Shown: positions 41,778-52,006 of the stretch, in pieces
How positions within the stretch are numbered: position 1 is the first letter of the stretch
Layout of the letters: each line of letters starts with the position of its first letter
Source of the DNA: Oceanispirochaeta sp.
GTDB taxonomy: Bacteria; Spirochaetota; Spirochaetia; DSM-2461
Assembly: GCA_963666275.2 (NCBI GenBank)
Contig: CAXXOA010000002.1
Span: forward strand, 1,024,001 to 1,088,000
Direction: 5' to 3'
DNA: 64,000 nucleotides
Made by a program: the position numbers and the translations under genes
Notes under the pieces: model-generated
Database searches by the model: none
Told to the model about the DNA's origin: nothing
What the model saw: only the letters and a program-made list of their open reading frames with translations

Positions 41778-42884
41778 ATGAGATTATCTAAGAAGCTAGC
41801 ATTAGCATTTTTGGCTGTTGCAGTAATTCTACCTACCTTAGGCTCATGTAAGAAAAAAGAGTCTGCAAAAGGTGGTGGGACACCTTACATCGCTGTTGTT
41901 TCAAAAGGGGAGCAGCATGACTTCTGGCAGCAGGTTAAACTGGGGTCAATGGATGCGGCTGAGAAATACAGTGTGGATGTAACTTTTGAAGGACCGCCCT
42001 CAGAAAGTGATGTCCAGATTCAGGTGGAAATGCTGAACAATGCCATGGCGAAAGCCCCGGTTGCAATCGCTCTTGCGGCGCTTGACACAACAGCAGTAAT
42101 GGATCAGCTCCAGCAGTGCAAAGACAACGGCGTTCCCGTTATCGGTTTCGACTCCGGTGTTCCCAATGCTCCTGCAGGATCTATCTATGCCAATGCTTCT
42201 ACTGACAACTTCAATGCTGCCGGTATGGCTGCTCAGGAGATGTTCAAAGTAATCAAAGCTGACATCGAAGCTGCTACTGCTGCAGCTCCTGTAAAAATTG
42301 TTGTTCTCAACCAGGATGCTTCAGGTGAATCTCTCCTGAGTCGTGGAAAAGGTTTCAGAGACACAATGGTTGACCTGATCGTTAAAAATACCGCTATGAG
42401 CGAAGCTGACATCAAAGTTATGGGTAACCCCGGATACATCGATGCCAAAAACCCCACCAGCGGTGACAAAGTAATGATCGAAATGGTTGTTCCTGCTTCT
42501 GCAGCCAACACCGACGCTATGGCTTCTGCTTCTGCTGTTCTCAACAAAGTAGCAGACGACAATGTTCTCGGTATCTTCTGCTCTAACGAAGCAACTGTAA
42601 AAGGTCTTCTGGCAGCTACCAATGACGGTGCTGATCTGCCCGCGAAATATCCCGGTCTGATCGCTATCGGATTTGATGCCGGTGAAGGACAGAAAAATGC
42701 CGTAAGAAACGAGTACTTCCTCGGTTCTATCACTCAGGATCCCTATTCCATCGGATACAAAGCTGTTGAACTGGCTTTCATGGCTTACGAAGGAAAACCT
42801 GTTTCTGACGTGGACACCGGTGCAAAATTCTACACCAAAGACAATATGGATGACGCTGATATCGCCGGACTTCTGTACGACTGA
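41778..42884 (+). CDS. Sugar ABC transporter substrate-binding lipoprotein
   Basis: Lipobox TLGSC; HDFWQQV, PVIGFDSG, GFDAG, ITQDPYSIGY. Confidence 0.92.
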   Translation: MRLSKKLALAFLAVAVILPTLGSCKKKESAKGGGTPYIAVVSKGEQHDFWQQVKLGSMDAAEKYSVDVTFEGPPSESDVQIQVEMLNNAMAKAPVAIALAALDTTAVMDQLQQCKDNGVPVIGFDSGVPNAPAGSIYANASTDNFNAAGMAAQEMFKVIKADIEAATAAAPVKIVVLNQDASGESLLSRGKGFRDTMVDLIVKNTAMSEADIKVMGNPGYIDAKNPTSGDKVMIEMVVPASAANTDAMASASAVLNKVADDNVLGIFCSNEATVKGLLAATNDGADLPAKYPGLIAIGFDAGEGQKNAVRNEYFLGSITQDPYSIGYKAVELAFMAYEGKPVSDVDTGAKFYTKDNMDDADIAGLLYD

Positions 42885-42914
42885 TATCTGCTGATTGGTA
42901 CATAAGTATTATAG

Positions 42915-42941
42915 GGGGCTCCGATGGAGCCCCTTTTTTTT
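42915..42941 (+). terminator. Rho-independent terminator
   Basis: GGGGCTCC-gat-GGAGCCCC followed by T8. Confidence 0.9.
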
Positions 42942-43051
42942 CGTCCGAAATTTCCCAATGTGGGAAATCCTGAAAATTTCACACTCAACTCTCCCATTCA
43001 TTACGGTAGAATCTCGTTAGATATTAATATATCGATAAATGGAGAACGAAT

Positions 43052-44809
43052 ATGAAGAAGTTTTTAAAAGTGCTGTTTTGGGCTGCGGCTGTTTTAAGCC
43101 TGTTTTCCTGCAAGGAAAAAACCGTGGGAGCCGATGGCGTCTATAAGGCCGAGTCTATGGGATTTCACGGGCCGGTTTCTCTGGAAGTTGAGATTGGCGA
43201 AGGAAAGATTCAGGACATCAGAATTCTGGAAAGCTTTGAGTCCGAAGGTCTGGGTGATGTAGCTTTTGACAAAATTACAGAACAGGTTCTGGAAAACCAG
43301 AGTCTGAATATCGATTCGATCAGTGGAGCCACTTTCAGCGCCTGGGCTGTTCGTAATGCCATTCAATCGGCTTTGGAGAGTGCAGGGGCAGACATTGAAG
43401 CCCTCATGTCCAGGGAAATTCCAAAAGAGACGGAGCCTTTGAACCTGGAAGCCGATGTGGTTGTTTTAGGGTCTGGTGCGGCTGGAATGTCGGCTGCTAT
43501 TGAAGCAGCAAAGGCGGGAGCAAAGGTAATTGTTCTGGAAAAGCTGAGTCGAACAGGCGGTTCTTCTCTCACATCCAGCGGAATGGTTCTGGCCGGAGGA
43601 TCCGCTTTTCAGAAAGCTGCAGGCATTGAAGATTCTCCTGAGGCGCTGCGTCAGTACTGGATTGACCGGGCTGGAGGGAATGCGGATGTCAATCTGATCA
43701 ACTATGCGGCATCCAATGCTCTGGAATCCCTGCAGTTCCTGGTGGACATGGGAATCAGTTATACGAAAGATTTTATCCTTACTTCAGGAACACAGACCGT
43801 CCGGAGAGCTCATCTCCCTCCTGGATATGGCAGAGAGTTCATGGGTAAAGTCATTGCTGCGGCAGAAAACCTTGATGTGGATATCTATACAGATACAAGA
43901 GCTATGAGTCTCAGCATGGAAAATGGTGAAGTGAAAGGTGTAAAAGCCGATAGGAACGGAGCGGAAGTCACAGTTGAATCCAGGGCCGTCATCATTGCAA
44001 CAGGCGGCTTTGATCATAATGAAGAACTGAAAGCCCTATATGCTCCTGAAGCTGTCGGAGCATGGGCTGTTTCTGCCCCTCAAAATACCGGTGACGGACT
44101 GATCATAGGGATGGATGCCGGTGCTGATACTGTGTTTAAAGGCGGAGTCATCGGTTGGAAAGTCGTATCTCCCCGGTATGGCCATACCACAATGATAGGA
44201 CGGCCTATTTACGGGCTTCCCAATCTGATTGTTGACAGCAGAGGCGAGCGGTTTGTTGATGAAAGTCTGGACTATCCCTTCATTTTCAATGCCATGGCTG
44301 CCAATGGAAGTGATAAGTTTTATTTTATATTTGACAGTAATGCCGGGGCAACTGAAACACTGGAAGCTGCAACCGGGACTCTGGAGTCCCTGGAAATGGC
44401 TGTAGAGGCAAACGTTGCTTTTAAGGCTGATTCCATTGAATCCCTTGCGGAAACGGCAAGTCTTCCCGGGCTTGCAGAAGCGGCATCTGACTTTAATGCG
44501 GCCTTTTTAAGGGGTGAGGATTCTGAATTCGGAAGAAATACTTCCACAATGGAAGAAATCAGTGAGGGTCCCTATTATGCTCTTCAGTGTCAGACAGCTA
44601 CTTTGGGAACCTTCGGCGGACTGAAGGTGAACGTGGAAGGGGAAGTCCTTGATAAATCCGGACAGCCTATCCCGGGTCTTTATGCTGCGGGAGAAGTGGC
44701 TAACGGGGATTTTTTCAGTGAAATATATCCTGCCAGCGGTTCCTCTCTCGGCATGAGTGTTATATTTGGCCGAAAATCGGGAATGTCCGCTGCAGCGTAT
44801 ATAAAATAG
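43052..44809 (+). CDS. Flavinylated lipoprotein reductase (FMN_bind + FAD-binding, flavocytochrome c family)
   Basis: Lipobox LSLFSC; FMN_bind domain with DSISGAT; DVVVLGSGAAG, IATGGF, NTGDG, GLYAAGE. Confidence 0.9.
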   Translation: MKKFLKVLFWAAAVLSLFSCKEKTVGADGVYKAESMGFHGPVSLEVEIGEGKIQDIRILESFESEGLGDVAFDKITEQVLENQSLNIDSISGATFSAWAVRNAIQSALESAGADIEALMSREIPKETEPLNLEADVVVLGSGAAGMSAAIEAAKAGAKVIVLEKLSRTGGSSLTSSGMVLAGGSAFQKAAGIEDSPEALRQYWIDRAGGNADVNLINYAASNALESLQFLVDMGISYTKDFILTSGTQTVRRAHLPPGYGREFMGKVIAAAENLDVDIYTDTRAMSLSMENGEVKGVKADRNGAEVTVESRAVIIATGGFDHNEELKALYAPEAVGAWAVSAPQNTGDGLIIGMDAGADTVFKGGVIGWKVVSPRYGHTTMIGRPIYGLPNLIVDSRGERFVDESLDYPFIFNAMAANGSDKFYFIFDSNAGATETLEAATGTLESLEMAVEANVAFKADSIESLAETASLPGLAEAASDFNAAFLRGEDSEFGRNTSTMEEISEGPYYALQCQTATLGTFGGLKVNVEGEVLDKSGQPIPGLYAAGEVANGDFFSEIYPASGSSLGMSVIFGRKSGMSAAAYIK

Positions 44810-44826
44810 CAATATAATTCTGGTAT

Positions 44827-45843
44827 ATGGGGTCAAAAAAGCGAACGACCATATCAGATATTGCCAGGTTGACCGGGGTTTCCCGGTCAACTGTATCGCG
44901 GGTTATAACAGGAAAAGGATATGTGAGCCCGCATAGCAAAACTCTGGTATTGGATACTTTGAATAAATTGAATTACCTTCCTCAGAAAAAACACAAATCC
45001 AAAGGGGTTGGTGATCTTGTAATGATTGTATCAGGCCTATTGATGAGTCCTGTTCAGATCACAATTATTGAGAGTATTATTTCTACTCTGGATAAAGCCG
45101 GTTTGAAAGCTATGGTTTCCTATAACCAGTTTGATCCCCATCGGATGGAGGAGTATCTGGCCTATGCGGGAGAACGCCACTTTGCCGGCATAATACTGCT
45201 GGGGATTCTGGAAAGTCCCGGTGTATTACGGCAGTTGAAAAGGATGGATATCCCTGTTGTTATTCTGAATCAGGAAATCCAGGGCGTTCAAGGGGATCTC
45301 ATAATGCTGGATGACTATAAAGGTGGTTATATGGCTGCCGACTGTCTGATTCAGAAGGGGCACAAACGGATCGGTCTTCTCATGGGTTATGCTGACGCGA
45401 AAGCAGCAAAGAACAGGGAGCGCGGAATCCGTGATGCCCTGGAAAATGCCGGAATTGAATTGAAGGGCTCGGATGTCCATTACGGTGATTTCACTCAGAA
45501 AAGCGGGATAGATTACGCTGATATGCTGTTAAGACAGAAAAGCAGTATTACCGGTATCATCTCCTGCAATGATCTTATGTCTGCAGGGCTTATCTACCGG
45601 TTAACCCAGGCATCATCCAGAATACCTCTGGATTTCAGCATCATTGGTTTTGACAGCACTTTTGTAACCGGATCCTCCCGTATCAAGCTTGTTTCCATAC
45701 ATTATGATTTTCAGAGCATCGGTCAGGCCGCTGCCGAATTCGTTGTAAAAAGAAATCAGGAACCCTATGGGGAGCCCGGCAGGATAGTGTTTCCACCTGT
45801 TCTAATAGAAGGTAATACTGTTTCCGCTCCCCGAGGATGCTGA
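44827..45843 (+). CDS. LacI-family transcriptional regulator
   Basis: TISDIARLTGVSRSTVSRVI; CNDLMSAG; IPLDFSIIGFD. Confidence 0.92.
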   Translation: MGSKKRTTISDIARLTGVSRSTVSRVITGKGYVSPHSKTLVLDTLNKLNYLPQKKHKSKGVGDLVMIVSGLLMSPVQITIIESIISTLDKAGLKAMVSYNQFDPHRMEEYLAYAGERHFAGIILLGILESPGVLRQLKRMDIPVVILNQEIQGVQGDLIMLDDYKGGYMAADCLIQKGHKRIGLLMGYADAKAAKNRERGIRDALENAGIELKGSDVHYGDFTQKSGIDYADMLLRQKSSITGIISCNDLMSAGLIYRLTQASSRIPLDFSIIGFDSTFVTGSSRIKLVSIHYDFQSIGQAAAEFVVKRNQEPYGEPGRIVFPPVLIEGNTVSAPRGC

Positions 45844-45958
45844 TTCTTTAAAATGGATATGCCGTTCTCTGACCGGGTTTCGAGCACAGCAAGCAGGAGA
45901 GAGGCCTTTTTCAAACAGACCTCTTTGATTTCTCTTCTCATTGATGTCGTTAGAATAT

Positions 45959-45992
45959 AAAAAAGGCGACTGAGTTTACTGACAGCCGCCTT
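45959..45992 (-). terminator. Rho-independent terminator of the uxa operon
   Basis: Minus strand AAGGCGGCTG-loop-CAGTCGCCTT followed by TTTT, just after the uxaC stop. Confidence 0.75.
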
Positions 45993-46015
45993 GAATCCTA
46001 TATAGATCCGATTTT

Positions 46016-47410
46016 TCAGAATCCGAAATAGCTGTTGGCGTTGCGGAAACTGATGTCCTCCACCATGGCTCCCACCAGATCAAAGTCCAGGGGGATCAGG
46101 CCTTGTTCCATATCCTTACCCAGGACATTGCAGAGAATCCGTCTGAAATACTCATGTCTGGTGTAGGAGAGGAAAGACCGGCTGTCTGTGAGCATTCCCA
46201 CAAAACGGCGGAACAGTCCCAGCTGGGAAAGGGCTTCCATCTGACGCTCCATCCCGTCTTTCTGGTCCAGGAACCACCATCCTGAGCCCATCTGAATCTT
46301 CCCGGCGACGCTGCCGTCCTGAAAGTTGCCCAGCATGGTGGCGATCACCTCGTTGTCCCGGGGGTTCAGATTGTAGATAATGGTTTTGGGGAGTTTGTCC
46401 TCCCTGTCGAGCAGATCCAGGTAGGCCGCCAGGGGGCGGGCAAAGTTCTGGTCGTCAATGGAGTCGAATCCCGTATCGGGGCCCAGCTGTTTGAACAGGC
46501 GGGAATTGTTGCTTCTCAGCGCTCCGATATGAAGCTGCTTTGTCCAGCCCTTCTCCGCATCCATCCGGCCGAACTCCAGCATCATGGCAGTTTTGAACTT
46601 ATCCGCTTCTTCGGGAGTGACCGCACCGCCGGCTCTGGCCCTGTCAAAAATGGCTGTGATCTCCTGATCTGTAAAGGGAGAGGCGTAGACCGTATCCAGT
46701 CCATGGTCGGACAGGCGGCATCCCGCATCGTGGAAGTACTGATGTCTCAGGCGCAGGGCTTCAATCAGGGAGGGGTAGGAGTCTATGGATATATCTGACA
46801 CTTCGGAAAGCCGGTTCAGATAGTCGTTCCAGAAGTCCTTGTCTACGGCCATGGCTTTATCGGGACGCCATGTGGGGAGGATCTTTACGGCAAATCCCTC
46901 TTCCGCCAGGGCTTTATGGTGCTCCAGGCTGTCGATGGGGTCATCGGTTGTACAGGAGGCCACCACTTTGCTGTCTGTCATCAGTTTACGGGCGGACAGG
47001 CCGCCTGTGAGAACCTCTGAGGTTCTGTTCCAGACCTCCTCCGCTGTATCCCCTGAGAGCAGCACGTCGTCAATGCCGAAGTACCGGGCCAGTTCCAGAT
47101 GGCTCCAGTGGTACATGGGATTCCTCAGCAGGTAGGGCATGGTTTCGGCGAATTTCTGAAACTTCTCCCTGTCGGACCGGCTTCCGGTGCAGAACTCTTC
47201 TGCAATCCCGTTGCTCCGCATGGTTCTCCATTTATAGTGATCCCCGTAGAGCCAGACCTTTGTTATATTGTCCCAGCTGATATCGTCCCGGATCTCTTTA
47301 GGATTGAGATGGCAGTGGTAATCTATGATAGGCTGGTGCTCCGCATAATCATGATACAGTTTTACGGCAAAAGGATTTTCCAGCAGAAAATCTTCATTGA
47401 TGAATTTCAT
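46016..47410 (-). CDS. uxaC: Uronate isomerase (start ATG 47410)
   Basis: IIDYHCHL, GDHYKWR, NPMYHWSHLEL, GSGWWFLD, GMLTDSRSFLSYTRHEYFRR. Confidence 0.97.
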   Translation of the reverse strand: MKFINEDFLLENPFAVKLYHDYAEHQPIIDYHCHLNPKEIRDDISWDNITKVWLYGDHYKWRTMRSNGIAEEFCTGSRSDREKFQKFAETMPYLLRNPMYHWSHLELARYFGIDDVLLSGDTAEEVWNRTSEVLTGGLSARKLMTDSKVVASCTTDDPIDSLEHHKALAEEGFAVKILPTWRPDKAMAVDKDFWNDYLNRLSEVSDISIDSYPSLIEALRLRHQYFHDAGCRLSDHGLDTVYASPFTDQEITAIFDRARAGGAVTPEEADKFKTAMMLEFGRMDAEKGWTKQLHIGALRSNNSRLFKQLGPDTGFDSIDDQNFARPLAAYLDLLDREDKLPKTIIYNLNPRDNEVIATMLGNFQDGSVAGKIQMGSGWWFLDQKDGMERQMEALSQLGLFRRFVGMLTDSRSFLSYTRHEYFRRILCNVLGKDMEQGLIPLDFDLVGAMVEDISFRNANSYFGF

Positions 47411-47455
47411 ATTTATCTCCCATGTTTTATTGAGCATCCCCGGTGGGATGTTTCT

Positions 47456-48961
47456 TTACAGAGTCACACCATCTTTGAAAATGGCAATTTCCCGAATCCC
47501 GCTTTTTTCGGCTGCGGTCTGTTCCCCGTTAACGACTTTCAGGATCTTATCCAGCAGAAGTTCCGTTGCTTCCGCCATATCGGAAGAGCCGTCCCCGATG
47601 ATCCCCGCATTAAAGTCGATCCACTTCTTTTTGTGTTCTGCCAGGGCGGTGTTGCTTGCAATTTTCAGAGTCGGGATGAATCCGCCCAGGGGGGTTCCCC
47701 GGCCGGTGGAAAAGAGGACAATCTGACATCCCGCCGTTCCCAGGGCTGTGGTGGCGACAATGTCATTGCCCGGGGCATACAGAAGGTTCAGTCCCTTCCT
47801 GCTGACCCGGCTGTCCATTTTTACAACATCCAGGATCTCCGACTTTCCGGATTTTCTGATACATCCCAGGGATTTATCCTCCAGAGTGGTAATCCCTCCG
47901 GCCTTGTTGCCCGGGGAAGGGTTCTCATAGACAGGCTGGTTATGGTCCTGATAGTACTTTTTGTAGCTCTCTATCATGTCTTTGGTTTTTTCGAAAACAG
48001 ATTCATCCGCGCACTGTTTCATAAGGACATTTTCGGCTCCGAACATCTCCGGTACCTCTGTGAGAACAGCGGTTCCCCCGGACTTTATAATTCTGTCGGA
48101 GACAGATCCGATCAGAGGATTGGCTGTTATACCGGAAAAGGCATCGGATCCGCCGCACTCCAGTCCCACAACAAGATCCGACCAGGAGCAGTCTGTCCGG
48201 CTGTCTCCTGAAGCCGCCTCCAGAAGTTCTTCCAGACAGGCTATGCCCGCCTCGATTTCATCTTCCACGTTCTGAGCCGCCAGGTACCGGATCCTTTCGG
48301 GGTCCGGCTCTTCGGGCATGGTCTCCCGGAAGGCCTTGATCTGATTGTTTTCACATCCCAGCCCCAGTACCAGGACTCCCCCCGCATTGGGATGAAGAGC
48401 CATGTTCTGCAGCAGACTGCGGGTCCTTTCGTGGTCATCTCCCAGCTGGGAACAGCCGTAGGGATGGGTAAAACAGTAGACGCCGTCAATACCGGCCAGT
48501 CCTTCCTGCCCCTTCCGCATCAGAAACTGCTGCAGGATCTGCTGGGCTGTTCCATTGACGCATCCCACGGTCGGGAGGATCCACAGTTCATTGCGGATAC
48601 CGGCTTTTCCGTTTTTCCGTTTGAATAAACGGGGAACCGATACAAGGGGGCTTATTTCTGAGCTGCCTTTTTCCGGTTCATATCGGTACTCGGTTTTCTC
48701 GGACAGACCGGTTTTGATATTGTGTACATGCACATGTTCACCGATCTGTATCTCCTTTCGGGCATAACCGATGACGGCGCCGTATTTCAGTACAGCTTCG
48801 CCTTCTTTTATGATCTTTACCGCAACTTTATGACCTTTGGGGATATCATTCAGGACCCTGATGGTATCCGGGCCGGCGGCTACCGCCGCGCCGGACTCCA
48901 GATCCGAGAAAGTGATTCCCACATTATCTTTTTCATCTAGAAAAAACAGTTCGGGATTCAA
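47456..48961 (-). CDS. uxaA: Altronate dehydratase
   Basis: N-terminal SAF (GHKVA..., HVHVHN), GIRNE, HPYGCSQLG, ECGGSD, NPSPGNKAGGITT. Confidence 0.95.
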   Translation of the reverse strand: MNPELFFLDEKDNVGITFSDLESGAAVAAGPDTIRVLNDIPKGHKVAVKIIKEGEAVLKYGAVIGYARKEIQIGEHVHVHNIKTGLSEKTEYRYEPEKGSSEISPLVSVPRLFKRKNGKAGIRNELWILPTVGCVNGTAQQILQQFLMRKGQEGLAGIDGVYCFTHPYGCSQLGDDHERTRSLLQNMALHPNAGGVLVLGLGCENNQIKAFRETMPEEPDPERIRYLAAQNVEDEIEAGIACLEELLEAASGDSRTDCSWSDLVVGLECGGSDAFSGITANPLIGSVSDRIIKSGGTAVLTEVPEMFGAENVLMKQCADESVFEKTKDMIESYKKYYQDHNQPVYENPSPGNKAGGITTLEDKSLGCIRKSGKSEILDVVKMDSRVSRKGLNLLYAPGNDIVATTALGTAGCQIVLFSTGRGTPLGGFIPTLKIASNTALAEHKKKWIDFNAGIIGDGSSDMAEATELLLDKILKVVNGEQTAAEKSGIREIAIFKDGVTL

Positions 48962-50439
48962 AGGTATTCCTCCAGTGTGGCGGCCATGCCGTTGGTGATG
49001 ATCTTATAAATATCTTCTCCCACTTTCCTGTGAAGTCCTTCCAGGCTTTTAAGGGAAACTCCCCAGTGGTCGTCCAGAGAGAGGATCCGGTCTGCTATCG
49101 CCATGGCATCCTCTATGGAGGCGGGATCTTCCGCCCATAGTTCTTCATAAAGGTCCAGGAAGGGTTTGTCATCGTTCACAGGATACTCTTTTCCGTCCAG
49201 GGTCCCTCTGTAGAAACAGATCAGCGCCGCCAGAGAAAGAGACATCAGCGGGGGTACAGAGGCGTTGGATTTATAATATTCCAGGAACTGCGGGAGCAGA
49301 CGGGTTTTGAATTTGGTCATGGAATTCAGTGAGATGGAAAGGAGCTGATGGTTGATAAAGGGGTTTCTGAACCGGCCCAGTACTGTTTCAGCATAGTCTT
49401 TCAGGTAATCCTCAGGCATACCCAGATTGGGGATAATCTCCCTGTCCAGCAGGTTCTGAATGAACGCGGCGAGCTCTTTATTTTCCACAGCATCCTTCAC
49501 AAGCTCAATGCCGCACAGGTAGGCCACCGGAACCAGGGCTGTATGACAACCGTTGAGGATGCCGACTTTTCTCTGTTTGTAGGGTTTCAGATCTTCTACA
49601 AGCTTGATATTCAGGCCGCTGCCTTCCAGTTTCAGTTCTTTTCCAACAGATTCAGGTCCCTGAATTACGAAGAGATGGAAGTACTCGCCGGTGGTGATGA
49701 AATTGTCTTTGTAACCCAGCTCTTTCTCCAGTTCTTCCACTTCATCCCGGGGGTATCCTGTGACGATCCGGTCAACCAGGGTGGAACAGAAAGTGTTGTG
49801 ATTTTCAAGCCACGAGACAAACCCGGGTTCCAGGTTCCAGAGGGCCGCGTATTTAAGAACTATTTCCTTCAGTGCGTCTCCGTTGTAGTCAATCAGTTCA
49901 CAGGGGATCAGGATAAATCCGGAATCCGCAGAACCGCCGAATTTTTTAAATCTCTCATGGAGAAAACGGGTCAGTTTGCCCGGGTAGGCCGACTGGGGAC
50001 GATCTTCGTATTTGTCGTCGGGATTGTAGGCGATTCCCGCTTCGGTCGTATTGGAAACGATAAACCGCAGCTGGGGATTCTCCGCCTGGGAGAGAAACTC
50101 ATCATACTCTTTGTAGATGGGAATCTCCCGGTTGATACAGGAAATCAGGCGTTTCTCGTTTTTCAGTTCCCCCTGGTCATCGTATCCCCGTATGATAGAG
50201 GTATAAATCCCGTCCTGGGTGTCCAGCAGAGGGGGGAAGTCTGTATCGATGGGACGGACGACCACTACACCTGCATCCAGACCGTTTTTCTCGTTCAGGA
50301 TATCCACCTGCCAGTCGATGAAACAGCGGAGGAAGTTCCCTTCTCCGAACTGGAGGATCTTTACCGGCCGTTCCTGCTTTGTACAGCCGAATTCCGCAGC
50401 TGTCGATCTATTCATTGCTTTGCCTGTTGTATTGCTCAT
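48958..50439 (-). CDS. uxaB: Altronate oxidoreductase (tagaturonate reductase)
   Basis: QFGEGNFLR, SNTTEAGI, PCELI, STLVDRIVTG, KVGILNG, RFRNPFI. Confidence 0.95.
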   Translation of the reverse strand: MSNTTGKAMNRSTAAEFGCTKQERPVKILQFGEGNFLRCFIDWQVDILNEKNGLDAGVVVVRPIDTDFPPLLDTQDGIYTSIIRGYDDQGELKNEKRLISCINREIPIYKEYDEFLSQAENPQLRFIVSNTTEAGIAYNPDDKYEDRPQSAYPGKLTRFLHERFKKFGGSADSGFILIPCELIDYNGDALKEIVLKYAALWNLEPGFVSWLENHNTFCSTLVDRIVTGYPRDEVEELEKELGYKDNFITTGEYFHLFVIQGPESVGKELKLEGSGLNIKLVEDLKPYKQRKVGILNGCHTALVPVAYLCGIELVKDAVENKELAAFIQNLLDREIIPNLGMPEDYLKDYAETVLGRFRNPFINHQLLSISLNSMTKFKTRLLPQFLEYYKSNASVPPLMSLSLAALICFYRGTLDGKEYPVNDDKPFLDLYEELWAEDPASIEDAMAIADRILSLDDHWGVSLKSLEGLHRKVGEDIYKIITNGMAATLEEYL

Positions 50440-50479
50440 TTCATACTCCTATCTAATATCCTATGTATATAAAGGGGAC

Positions 50480-51220
50480 TCATTCCCCCTGATCTCCTGA
50501 AAATACTCTCTTCATGGCCCAGTTCCTGTGCTGAACCATTTCCGCTTCCGCCTGATCCGCATCGCCCTGACGGATGGCTTCGAGAATCCGGATATGTTCC
50601 ATGGGGATCCGGGAGAAATCCTTGTCTTTCTGTTTCAGATGAGGCTGATCCTGCATGACAATCCGGGGGGTCAGCTGGCTGAAAAGGGATACAAGGACAT
50701 GGTTCCCCGTGGCATGGGCTATGGCCAGGTGGAAAAGATAGTCCTCTTCCAGGTAATCTTCCTTGCCGTAGAACCGGGCAAGAAACTCCTCCTGCCTCTG
50801 TTCTATCAGTTCCAGATCGGCGGGAGTTCTTCTTTCCGCCGCCAGTCTGGCGCACTGGACATCCAGGATAAACCGGGCTTCCATCAGATCCGCCATTTTC
50901 TGATCCCTGCTCACCGGTATCGACTGCATCAGCTGTTCCACTGTTCCGCTGTGCATATTGGCAATCCGTGTACCGCTCTGGGGAGATATCTCCACAAGAC
51001 CGTAGAAGTCCAGTTTCTGAAGAGCTTTCCTTATGGTTCCCCTGGTGGTCTCCAGCTTCTCCGCCAGTGCTCTTTCCGAGGGGAGTCTGGCTCCCGGCTG
51101 AAGCTGCCCCGAGACGACAAGCTCCCGTATTCTGGAAAGGATAAAATCCTCAGGTTCCCTGTCTTTGCTGCTGTTTTCAAAAAGTTCCAGAGATACTGCC
51201 GTATTTTTTTCTGATTCCAT
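50480..51220 (-). CDS. FadR/GntR-family regulator (UxuR/ExuR-like role)
   Basis: LPSERALAEKL..TRGTIRKAL HTH; FCD domain DYLFHLAIA..TGN. Confidence 0.92.
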   Translation of the reverse strand: MESEKNTAVSLELFENSSKDREPEDFILSRIRELVVSGQLQPGARLPSERALAEKLETTRGTIRKALQKLDFYGLVEISPQSGTRIANMHSGTVEQLMQSIPVSRDQKMADLMEARFILDVQCARLAAERRTPADLELIEQRQEEFLARFYGKEDYLEEDYLFHLAIAHATGNHVLVSLFSQLTPRIVMQDQPHLKQKDKDFSRIPMEHIRILEAIRQGDADQAEAEMVQHRNWAMKRVFSGDQGE

Positions 51221-51229
51221 CGAGTCCTC

Positions 51230-51823
51230 TTATTTCTTCTCTTCCGGCTGCTTTTCGCGGTTTTGTTTTATCGGGGCGGTGCTGTTTCCTGTACGGGAAG
51301 GGGACAATACCCATCGTCCTTCGGGCGCAGCCGATTGAACATACTCCCAGAAGTCATCTCCGGTGATCCCTTCCTGCAGGTCTCTTTCCGGCAGGATAAA
51401 AGCCCTTGAAGGGTTGATATAGAGGAAGAAATAGTTTTTATATCTGTAAATTCTATAGATCGAAGTCCATTCCAGAGACTGCCTTTCCTTCTGGTTTGCC
51501 ACTTCAATCCTCTTATTTTCAAAGCTGATGGTGTATACAAGACGCTTCTGATCCAGGTGATTCACCCTGATCTGGTTCCGCAGACTGATTCTGAAATACA
51601 CAAGGTAGAGGAGTGGCGCAGCCAGCGCAATGATCAGAAAAAGCGCGAAAAGGAAGGCGCTTCCGGTAACCAGATTCAAAACGGCGAAACCCGCTATAAC
51701 GAGGGGGAACATTATCAGACTTATCCAGCGGCGCTGAAAAAGAAAGCTGTTGAAAAAAGCAAAATCCCGAAAAATTTCAGCATCCATATGGCTCTTGAAC
51801 TTATAATTGTTATCCTTTTCCAA
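51230..51823 (-). CDS. YcxB-like membrane protein (probable TTG start 51823)
   Basis: Two N-terminal TMs then W..IYRI...YFFLYI...AFILPER; GGGAG RBS. Confidence 0.7.
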   Translation of the reverse strand: MEKDNNYKFKSHMDAEIFRDFAFFNSFLFQRRWISLIMFPLVIAGFAVLNLVTGSAFLFALFLIIALAAPLLYLVYFRISLRNQIRVNHLDQKRLVYTISFENKRIEVANQKERQSLEWTSIYRIYRYKNYFFLYINPSRAFILPERDLQEGITGDDFWEYVQSAAPEGRWVLSPSRTGNSTAPIKQNREKQPEEKK

Positions 51824-51843
51824 TAGAAATACTCCCTGAAAAT

Positions 51844-51896
51844 AATTGGTCAACCAGTGAATCTCATTAATATAACTGGTTAACCAATTGTGTCAA
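51844..51896 (-). promoter_or_regulatory. Promoter of the ycxB-fadR-uxaBAC unit with two FadR-type operators
   Basis: AATTGGTCAACCAGT (51844-51858) and ACTGGTTAACCAATT (51875-51889); minus-strand TTGACA-16 bp-TATATT brackets the second site. Confidence 0.75.
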
Positions 51897-52006
51897 TGAT
51901 TATTTTCCCCCTTTGAGGGATTGTTCCGGAGAAACGCCAATTCCTCCGGGAAAACAGAAAATCCGGATACTCAAAATTCCTGTAGTTGTGATATACTTGC
52001 CCGGGT

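Noticed and set aside
43000..45900. Possible horizontally acquired island (appears slightly more AT-rich)
   Set aside because: No integrase, tRNA or flanking repeats, and the composition was not quantified.
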